A DNA stretch of 64,000 nt from Spirogloea muscicola (Eukaryota): the NCBI GenBank assembly GCA_009602725.1, contig WELB01000002.1, positions 194,021 to 258,020 on the forward strand, read 5' to 3'. Both the position numbers and the translations under genes were made by a program. Positions 50,765 through 61,659 of the stretch are shown piece by piece. Below the pieces are notes generated by a model. It did not search any database. It had not been told where the DNA came from and saw only the letters and a list, made by a program, of their open reading frames with translations. Position 1 is the stretch's first letter. Each line of letters opens with the position of its first letter.

Positions 50765-51430
50765 AGAGAGAGAAGGCGCGCGGTGCGCATAAAATTACAA
50801 AGGCAGGCCAATTCTAGCCTTACAAATGTCCTGTTAACTGGGTAATGAGCTGGCTAAGGGGGACACTAATATCCCCGAGTGAGCACATGCATATCTGACA
50901 AGCTATACTGAGGCGCCAAACCACCACCACGGAAGCCACTAGCCTGGGCTACCGACCAGCACGCTGGTGAATCGCGAGTGCCTGGGAGCGCTGCAGACTT
51001 AATGATAGCCGCATCCTATAGCATGCTACGATGGCTTGCGGGACGCTAGAATGCCCTAAGCTACCCGCCCGACTACGTCGGCGGGCATCAACATGCAGTG
51101 CCAGGCGATGGAGGAGGGAAGACCACTTCGTTCCGTGGCCGCAGAATATGTCTATGGCGCACGGGAAGAAGTGGTCGCCCCAGGGGTGATCATAATAGTG
51201 CCTCTCCTTCTTCCTTTCCGCATGATGTGTCGCCCACCCTGGCACAGTCGGTGTGGGTACACCTGCTAGCGCAGGTATTCCGTATGCGCCTGTTAATAAC
51301 CCTCCAGCGGTCCATGACCCACGCCTTGCACTTACGTGCTAGCCGTGCTCTAGCTGCAGCCTCTCGATTTCGCCAAGGGACTGCTATCCAGCGGCTTTCC
51401 TTTCTGACTTGCAACTGCTGTGGAGAAATT
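50765..51430. mobile_element. Family-C 3' fragment (-, ~50770-51245) joined back-to-back to another 3' fragment (+, ~51260-51430)
   Basis: HAERKKERHY.DHP..D.FFPCAID..YRMRLSLSLQRSQALAIHQRAGR on the minus strand; AQVFRMRLLITLQRSMTHALHLRA on the plus strand. Confidence 0.82.
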
Positions 51431-52298
51431 CTTAGAGTAAATACCCGGCATGGTTCGTGCTTAGTCATGTGTTTCGGCACTTCTCGACCCCTTTAAGCCT
51501 CGTCGTTTCTTTCCGGCCTGGCTTTTCACATCCTGACTTGGTTATGTGCTTCAGCGAATTGTCAGCCCCTTCGGACCTTGTCAAATTGTCCGAAAGTTGT
51601 CTGTGCTGACCTCCTTTATCAGAGCTCACTTCTTCCTTGAGATTAAACCAAATCTCCCTTCCTCATATCTCCTCTGTCAGTCTGATCTTGCCTCATTCAG
51701 TCTCAACACCAATGAGCATTCAGAAGCGGTCACTTTGTTTGCCATCATCTCACTTTCACCACTGTGACGAGCATACTTGTAAGTTCCTACATTACCCCTG
51801 TTTTTGCAACCACTGCAGGACAGGCAAAGCTCATTTGCATTTCACTGACCACAGTGCTACTGGGACGCTAATGGGACGCTGCCCAGCCTAAGAGGTTGGC
51901 CAACTCTCAACTTCCTCTCTTCCGTCACAACCTCACTTTTTCCTGCTCCAGCTCCCTCTCGCCCTTTCCTTCGTTCTCTGTCGCCTCTTTTCCCGATCAA
52001 GCTGGCCAATCACTCTGACTTTCCTCGCCTCTTCCTTTCCTCGCATTATCACGTGCTACATACCCGAAAGTATGGTCAGACGCGCAAATGGAGTGACGGG
52101 CATTGCACCATAAAAGTCCTGTTGTAACATAGAAATTGTCTTTACAGCTTCAAGGCTCGACCTCGAGGAGTCTCATGTAGGGCATCATTGGCATGGTTCC
52201 AGCCAAGAGACGGATGTGCAGGAAAAGCTATCGTCCATATCAAAGGTTGAGCTGCATGTTTCTGCGAAATCCCGCGCTCTATCCACAATAGATCCGAA

Positions 52299-55200
52299 TC
52301 ACTCGGTGGCAACGAGTGATTTAGGAAATGTCAACCCAGCACCAAATGCTCCGAGATTCTGGAGCATCTCAACCACGTCAATCATTGTTGGCCTTTCTTT
52401 TGGAATATCGGAGCAGCAAAGTAGCCCCAATCTCAAGGCGCCCCGGATTTCGTCCACTTTGTGGGGAACGAATGGAGCTAGCACAATATCAACGCACTCC
52501 AAAGGCTTCTCGTGGCGAAGGCAGGATCGCACCCACGAGATCAAGTTGCCACCAGTTGCAACTTCAGTCTGAAAGAAAGGGTCAACAGGCCGTTTGCCAA
52601 TGACAGTCTCGAGAAGCATCACTCCAAAACTGAAAACATCGCTGTATGTAGTCAGTTGGCCTAGGGCGTAGTCTGGACCGATATACCCGACTGTGCCTGT
52701 CAATGTGCATCATCGTGACACGTCATAAGTTGGAGGAGAGATGACTCATGATCATTGCCAGGCAGTCTGAGGTGCCTCTACCAGCATCAATGCACACATC
52801 CTTCTTGCACGACGCCATAAAGGCCTACGATACAGCTCAACGAACATAGGAGGGCATCGGGAGTTACCTGCAGCCATGGTTGACACGTGCGTGTCATGTG
52901 CCTGAAAGGTCCGTGCAAGCCCAAAATCCGCCATGTACCCTTGACCATGTTCATCCAACAAGGTGTTGCTTGGCTTGACGTCCCTATGTAGCACCCGAGG
53001 TTTGCACTCGTGATGCAGGTACTTAAGCCCAACTGCTGCACCCAACATGACCTTCTTACGTGCAGCCCAGTGATCAAACCCTTCTGGCTTTGGAGGCACG
53101 CCATTTCCCCCGTGCACCAATTGGTCAAGATTTCCGCCTGGCAAGAATGGATAGATGAGCAGCATGTCCACGTCGCTGTCCTTAGGAATGTACCAGCCCC
53201 GTAGCGGGACCAGATTGCGGTGATGGATGCGACTCAATACCTCCACCTCAGCTTTCACCGATCTCAGTCCTTGCTTGTTATCTGGCGCTAGCTTCTTCAC
53301 TGCATACTTTTGCCCGTCCTTCATCTGCGCACTGCTCAGCATTTTGCATCGTAATGAGGTTTTTCATAGGATAAGAAGAGCCATGTTATAATTAGATGAC
53401 CGGGACAACAAGCTACAAGAAGACCACCGCTTGCAAGCAGGGCAATGTACGTACATATAGACTTTTCCAAAGCCGCCCTCTCCAATAATGTGGTTGTTGT
53501 TGAAATCCTCAGTTGCGTCCATGAGCTCCTCGTAGGTGAAGGGACCTTGGAGTCTGTCCTTAGTGATGGACATCTCGGAGCAGAAGCTCTCAATGCTACG
53601 CTCCTTCTCTGTCATACTTTTGTCCTTCTTCCGACCTAAGCAACACAGCAGGAGAAGTCCCAGCAACAGGAGGAGAAGGAGGACAACAGCCACAACAACA
53701 ATGCCGGCAATTGCCCCCCCTGATAAGCTCGACGACTTGTGCTCCGGTGGTGGGGGAGGAGGAAGAGAAGGAGGTGGGGGAGCTGGCTTGCAGGCCACGT
53801 AAGGGCCGCCACACAAGGCGGCATTGCCAGAGAAGGAGCTGCNAATGAGTTGCTTGCGGCCGAAAATGCAATGAGCTTGCTTAACTCTCCAATTTCCACA
53901 GGGAGACTTCCACTTAGGCGGTTGTTGGAGATGTCAAGTTCTTGAACGTTTTGCAGACTCCGAATGCTCACAGGTACTCCTCCGGTCATGTTGTTGTGAC
54001 CTAGAAAAATACTCAATGCACTGCTTAGGTTGCCAAGCCACTGTGGGAATGGGCCAGAGAAAGTGTTACTGTCCACGTTCAGGAATTCCAAGTTCGCCAG
54101 GTTGGAGAAGGTTGCCGGGATCGGTCCAGAGAAATTGTTGCCACGAAGCCAGAGCTCGTCGAGCTGGGCAAGTCTCCCCAACTGAGGCGGCACGTGGCCA
54201 CTTAACCTGCCAGTATTTGCGAGTGAGCCGCTAAGTGACAATGCCTGCTGTGACTCGTCTGCAATTTATGTATCTGCTGACATGGTTACTCAGGCAAGCA
54301 TTGGCTCCAATGAAGACGCAGTCCTAGCTCAGCACCTGTTGTAGCTCAGGTCCAGGGTGACCATTGCCGTGCAACTCGCAAGCTCTGGTGGCACTCCACC
54401 CTCCAAGCTGACACCAATCGAGCATTTGATAGTGGGTGATCTGACACCTGCAAGGTCGACCTCATATGTAGCACAGACTGCAACAGCACGCTAAATCCAG
54501 TTGGCCTTACACTGCAGGCGTAATGAAAATCATTAGCGATTGCAACTATCTACAGTCTCATGCTATAATCCGCTGCCGAGTCTCAGACTTTTTCTTCTAT
54601 CACCTGTTATTGCTTGCCGCAAAGTCGAGGAGATTAATCAGCTCCCCAAACTCTTGCGGAATGCCTCCAACAAGCCTGCCATGTTCAATATGCAGAGTGC
54701 CACCTCATCAGCTATTAGGGTTGGTGTTGAACTGATTGTGGACAATTGAAAAGTTCTTGGAATGCTGCACCGAGAGTGAAATCTAGAGCCACATACATAT
54801 GCCTGCTTGAGAAACTGAATTCTTGCAAGTCACCCAAGCAGTTGACATGGGCGGCAAGAAACCCCTTACAGATTGAAGCTCAGGTCCAGGTGCCGGAGCT
54901 TTTTGCACTTGCTTAGCTGCTTCGGTATGCGGCCCGATAATCTGTGATTGGTACAGGAGGAAGGGCTTATAAAACAATGCCGTGGCAGCCGACTATGATG
55001 ATTTGTATCCTGACTTCATGGAAGGTAGCATGGAAACTGTCAGGTTCAAGATTCTTCAATGCCAAAGATTAGTCAACAACAAAGAAGTAATACCCACTTG
55101 TTGGAATACAAGAAGAGGGCTGACAAGTTAGCCAAGTTGCCATATGAAGGAGGGATGGGCCCGCTGAGTCTGTGGAAACGGTATGAAAGACTGTGAGCAG

Positions 55201-58200
55201 CCTTCTCACAGGTTGCACAAGCACGAAGAATGTGATATGCAGTATAATACGTCAGCAGAGCCCCACTGTTGTGACAGACTTCTATTACTGCAGAATCAGT
55301 AATAGATGTGCAACGTGTTTATATCATGGTTTTCTTAGTCAAAAGACTGAACACATGGGGTATCAATACAACACTGTAGCAGAGCCCCACTGTCTCTGAC
55401 ACACTTGCAAGACTGCAGGCTTAGACAGTGAATGACTATGTCCATCTAATCAGATCACACTGCACAAAAGAGGGATAGTTACAAGCCAAACAAGTTGTAC
55501 ACTGACAGCTGGTCGTGAGATGATTGAAGGGACGACCTCTGCAAGAGCAATTTCTCTGGCTACATGAGCAATACCTATTTCTCTGAAGGTTGAGCGCGCC
55601 AAGTGCCTTACAGTGACTCAGTTCTGGTGGGAGGCTACCACTTAAGCTGCGCAAGAGACCATGCAATAGCACGGCCGCTTGAAACATCTGCTTGGCGGTC
55701 CTGTGCCTCCTTGGTAGGTTGCTTCAGGTCCACATGCTAGTGTTACATCCAGGCTGAGATTGCAAGGTCTCAATTGCGGTACTTCTTGTACTCTGTCAAT
55801 CAGTAGAGCTAGTCATACCTGTTACCATGTGCCAAGAGGGAGTACATGCTGGTAAGATTGCCAAATCCAGGCGGAATTGTACCAGTAAAGCTGTTGATCA
55901 AGCACACTCACCCAAATTAGCTTCTCGAGATGGTACAAGCTGCATGATGATTTAGGGCTGTGCTTGATGTGCAGCATTGTGACATAAAATTGAAGAGAAA
56001 AGGCGCAGGACTGCGCACCTGTTGTCATTAAGCTCAAGGTTTGTCAGATTCTGGCAATTGCCAATTGCTGGTGGCAGGGAGCCTGTCAGCCTGCTCAGGT
56101 ATGTGTCAGATCAGATTTCTCCCAGACAACATGCATCAAGCAGACCTCAATATGCACGGGAGCAGACTTCGTGGAAAACTTAGACATACAGCTGTGTGCC
56201 AGCCACACCGTCACACTACTTTGAGGAGGAGTGCAGTATTGAGAGTACTTGTTGTTGTAGAGGATAAGCTGAGTGAGAGTTCCACTTATCCCAAGCTCGG
56301 CGGGCAGGCTTCCAGATATACTGCAGGGCGGCAGCACGCAGGGGTTGTTCATGATTGGTGGGCTTAGACTTTGCATTCTCCGTGTTGTTGCAGACTACCA
56401 GCAGTAAATAGTTTGCCACGTATGTATGTGGCACTTACCAATTATTCGAAATGACAAGGACCTGTAGAAGGGACAGGTTCGCCAGTGAAGCGGGGAACTC
56501 CCCGCTTAATCTGCAACAGGTTGTAAGGCCATTGAGATGCCATTGAGATGCACAGCAGTGTCGCATTAGCTTCAAAAGCGCAATGCAACTCTCTGAGAGC
56601 AGCGAATCCAATGTGGCCAGCACTCTGTGCACAAGTAAGAGTCAGCTCCCTTATGAATTGGGAGCTTGTTGCGCAAGATGACCTGCACGTAGGAACAGCA
56701 GAGCAGGCCTGATGCTTGAAATTTGGGCAAAAGGCATATTGGAGCTCACTGGTTGTCGTTTACATAGAGATTGCTGAGATTGGCGCAGTTTCCCAGCTCT
56801 GACGGTAAGGGACCAGTAAGGCTGCGTCGCAACGAAGAGCTTCAACAACCGTCCACCTCCTCTATAGCTTCGTAACTGACGACCACTTCATCAATCAGAC
56901 ACTCACGATTTGAGTTGATGTTGTCAAGCTCACTGTGTCTTAAGGACTCTCCTTGCAATGATCCCTCGATGCGCTACGCACGGCAACATTCTGCTAAGCC
57001 TGTCTTGCTCTTACTTACTTATTGCTCCCCAAACGTAACAAAGTCAACATTTGAAGATTGCCAATGCTTGAAGGTATGAGTCCCGTCAATCTGAATGCAA
57101 GACAAGTGTGCCATTCAAGCTGCCAATCGAAGCAGTCTCAAATGGCCTCAAAACAGGACTACGCCGTGAGGAGAATGTTGTTAATGACATGGCCTCAACA
57201 GTCAAAATCAGCGATGTGTTACTTACAAGTAGCAGCACTACATACCTGTTACCCGCGAGGTTGAGATATCTCAGCTTGGCACAATCTCCAAAGTCAGATG
57301 GCAGGGGACCTGACAGACTGCAGCAGGAAGCCAAGGCCGCCCTCAGCCTTTTGTGACCTGAGTATGAGTGTGCTGAAGAGCACCCAGCAACAGGAGCAGA
57401 GCTCTGTGACAACAAAGATGTGGCATGAGAATTTTGAGAACATATATCTGGCTCTTCTAAGGTAGCAGTGGCCGTTAACGAACAGTCCTAGAGAAGGAGA
57501 CCGGATGACTGACCTACAATACGCGGCGGAGAAGTACTGCAGCTCTTGCAAGTTGCCAACTGTGCTTGGTATCGGACCAGAGAATCTGCAACAGATCATA
57601 CCGTTCTCACTGAGGCCTCTGACAATATCCAGTCAGATTCTTCAGTCTTTTGAAGTAAGCAAAGCTAGAGGTGAATGTGGAAGACAAAGGGTAGGGAGAG
57701 CACGTGGCCTCACCTGTTGTTACTCAAGAATACCGAGGTGAGATTTGTGCAGTCCCCTAATGCTGCTGGAAGTGGGCCCGAAAACCTTGGCCAAAAAGGA
57801 GTCACATTGACAGATTACCAATTTGGCATGGCAATACAAGAGAGCAATGCAACCTCTTCATGGCAACCGCCAAAAGAAGCATGAGAAGGGTGGGAACAAT
57901 GACAGCCAGCCCATGTGACCTCACCCATTGTACTCGAGGAAGAGACCAATCAATCTGTTACCCAGGCCACATAGTTCAGGAGGAAGCATGCCTTCCAACC
58001 TGGAGGGACCATGTCATCAGCAGATGGCATTTGCTACCGAGGGATGATCCAGCTGCTTTGATCAAGGCTGCATGATGCAAACTTTCACTGTGTGTGATGT
58101 TTACTACAGGGAAATTGAGCTGATGACACCTATTAAACAAAAACATGCATCTACAGAGGTCTATCAGGAACATACAAATTATTGCCGAGGCTCAAACCGA

Positions 58201-61200
58201 TCAGGGAGGTCCTTCCCAGCTCAGCAGGGATAGTGCCTGTCAGGCTGAACAAATACAGAGGACATCACTATCACATCATCACTGTAATAGCACAGCGCTA
58301 CTCATACGGCACAGCGCTTGCAACATCTGCACCATGAGGGGCTTCAGGGTCTTGGCAATGCCAATAATAGCATGATTTGCCTGTGCTAGATCAAACAGTG
58401 CAACCGAGAAGTCAGCATGTTCTGCAAGAAGGTTGCATACTTGTTATTGTATGCGTAGAAGATTGTGAGATTGACTAGTTGACCAAATTCCTTCGGGATA
58501 GGTCCTGTCAGACTGAGAACCCACAATGCCACACAAGCAAACACGTCACAATTGCAGCCTCAGGAAGCAAATAGTGCAGCAAGCTGGCAACAAGACTGGC
58601 AACTTAATGTCACAGTGGCTAACAATCTGCAAGCATTTACCTGTTGTTGTAGACATTGAGGAACTCAATCCGGGTCATCGCAAGCTCCACAGGCATGACC
58701 CCAACCAACCTAGACCAGCGTCAAGCAATGTCAAAGAGCAACTCTACTGAAGAAAGCCAAGGAGATAACACAGGAAAGAAGGTCTAGCTACAGTGTTGTG
58801 TCATCCTCCTCTACCAAGATGGATGCTGCAAAGCCACCAGACCACGCAGACTAAGCAGAGTGACCAATAGTCTTCTATGCTCTGCAGCACACCTGTTGAA
58901 AGAGACGTCGAGAGTAAGAAGCTGCGAGCAATTCCCGAGCGCAGATGGTATGTTTCCTGACAGCCTGCACAGGAAGGTTAATCACCAATGTATGCAAGCC
59001 ACCGTGACCTTGCAGTGTATCCAAAGTGACCATTAGTCTTTCATGCTCTACAGCGCACCTGTTTAAGGAGACGTTGAGACCAAGGAGCTGCGAGCAATTT
59101 CCGAGCTCAGATGGTATGCTTCCTGATAGCCTGGACAGGAAGGATAGTCACCAATGTTTGCAAGAAGTGTTACAGCTGGCAGTAAGTGGCAAGTTGCATG
59201 TCCTAGCCCCTGCATGCCTTCACTTCATTGCTGACGACAGCAAAGTGCAATGGTAGTAGGTGCAGCCGCACAATGAATATCTGGAGAGATGACAGCACCA
59301 AAGTGACATATCCCATTTTACATGGCTCTTCACAAAAGAGATGTCTGACGACATAAAGAGGCCCCAATCCTGAGGCTACCTCAGGATGTGCCTTCCTTCA
59401 ACAATTATACTTACTGATTGTCTGCGAGTGACAAATACTGGAGGACCTGGTTCTGGCCAAGCTGAGAAGGAATATGTCCTGTGAGCCTGACATCAGTAGC
59501 AGAGACTTTCCTTGAGCAACCAGCCAGCTGGTTGCTCTAGCTGCCTTGTGTTATCAGCTATTGACACTGCACTGTACGCGTCGGCAGTATCATTGGAATT
59601 GGAGACGAGATGGAGAAGCAGAATTCGCAGCAGTCAGCCTACAAATTCACCAACTCCTCAGACAACCAATGATCCTGGCAACCCACCTATTGGAGTCCAA
59701 GTATAGTTTTTGGAGGCTCCGAGATTCTCCAAATTCACCCGGCACTTGTCCCGTGAGCCTGCACATGTGGCCTTGTCAGAACCCAACTCATGGAGTGGAA
59801 GCGGCATGAGCAGAGGGCAGTGTGCCCATCACGACTTCCACAACCACATCTCCATCCTGAGAACAGAGTTCTACAGGGACCTGTTGCTCGTCAAAAACAG
59901 CAACTCCAGGAGCGGAAGCCCAGCCAGACCGAGAGGTATGGCTCCTGTAAATCTGCACAACGAAAGGTGACATTGTGGGCGCTCCCTAGAATGTCAACAC
60001 AATCAAGGCCATTGCACCAGGCTGCAAGAACCTCGACAGTTGACGGAGCTTCATAGAAGCTTGACTTCATAGCACTGCCAGGCTCAATCGAGGCTTCAGA
60101 AGCTTGTCTAGCTTGCTTAAAAGCTTGGCGATTGATAGTCATGCAGAGCAGACTGGCTGTTATTGTTGCGAACAGTGTACAGTGTCTCCAGCATGCAAAG
60201 TTGGTGTGCGTTCAGTACGTGTTATTGGAGAGGTCGAGGCCCTGGATGGCGGAGAGGTTCCCGAGCTCCTCTGGTAGAGGACCTGACAGCCTGCCGAAGT
60301 ACAAGAAGACTGAGAGCTCGACCCAGTAGATGGCTCTTGAAGTCGCAATTCTGTGACGAAGTGCTGCCGCCTCGTCGGCTAAACGTTGTACCACAGTCAT
60401 AACGGCCTTGCCTCAGGGAGGCTACACTACCAATCAGCCAAGCAACTTCACTGTGGACTCAGGCCCCCCAGGAGATGTGATATCGAGAAAAGGTGGAGGC
60501 TCACGTTTTCTTTGTAAACAGGTTGTGAGATGCGAATCGAGCAACTTAGGTATGCTAACCTGTTGTTTCCGAGGAGGAGGAATCGAAGAATAAAGAGACT
60601 GCCCAGCGCCGCTGGGATGGGCCCCGTGAGCAGATTGTCATTTAAGAGTATGAACTGGAGGCTGTCAATGTTGCCGAGCTCCGGTGCCAGCGTGCCTTTC
60701 AGCAGCATAGAAGATACATTGAGCTCAATCACTTGCCTGCACATGGACATCAGTGGCCAGCTGTGCAGGAAGCTGAGCTTACTGAAGGCTTGACCCCAAG
60801 CAGAGCTTCCCAGTGAGCTTGCAACGACGCTGCTCTTACACAAGCCCTCCGCCGAGCAAGCCCAGGCAGCCATTGCCGTTGGTCCTGGCGAGAGGCCGCA
60901 AAGGCTGCGGCCCTTGCATGGCCACAACCTCAACAGCAGCTGCCGCCAGGGCTACCAAGCTTGTGCCGGTCGCTTGACACGTTGCAAGGCCAGCTCCCGC
61001 TTTAACTGGGCAATGGTCAAAGCTCTTGCCTGTGGCCGCCAGGTGCTATGGCATTGCACACAACGCCGTACCAGCCGCACGGTGTGAGGTCGGCTGGGCG
61101 CCAATTGGCAAGCGCGCCAAATGGGTCACTGGTTATGCCGGCCTTGAAGGCCAGCAGCCAGGCCTTGTCGGAGCTGCGGAATGGAACGATGGTAGTCAGC

Positions 61201-61466
61201 GGGCGGGGCTGTTGGAGGCCACACACCACGGGCATGGCGATGGAATGCATGCTACCGCAGAAGCCCAGCGGCAAATGTGGCAGATAAGAATGCGGCTGCG
61301 GATATCAAAAGAGCGGCTGTAAAAGCCAGCCAGATGCATTCAGAGGGTAAGAGGGTGACAGGTTACGAGCGAGGACTGCTCACGCGAGGCCGCCGGCGGT
61401 GAAGCCGACACAAGTCAGCATAGCGACCGCAACAAGCAGGGGGGCGGCGGCTGCCATGGCTGCCAT
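52299..61466 (-). CDS. LRR-RLK paralog E, apparently intact apart from an assembly gap
   Basis: Exon 1 61384-61466 (MAAMAAAAPLLVAVAMLTCVGFTAGGLA). LRRNT ~61030-61173. Exon ~60560-60736. 24 single-LRR exons (54336-60290). Large exon 53455-54206. Open kinase exons 52868-53331 (HRDVKPSN, DFGLAR) and 52299-52696. Confidence 0.9.
53843..53843. other. Assembly gap (single N) replacing about 185 nt of the large exon of gene E
   Basis: The flanks match gene C at 23950 and 24136; the intervening sequence is absent. Confidence 0.85.
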
Positions 61467-61659
61467 GCTCGACGGTCGCGGCTACGCAGGCTGTGCTGCT
61501 ATAAGGGCCCCCCCAGCCGGCAGCTGGGCAGAGGCGCTGCCGGAGGCTCGCCACGGCGGGGCCGCGGTTGTCCTCCCAGGCGGCGAGCGTGGTCTACGTT
61601 AAAAAGGGAGAGAAGTTTTCCGAGAGAAGTCAAGACAAGGCGAAGAAAAGTCGGAGAAG

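Noticed and set aside
53636..54241. Apparent deletion and frameshift in gene E
   Set aside because: It coincides exactly with an N gap and is treated as missing data.
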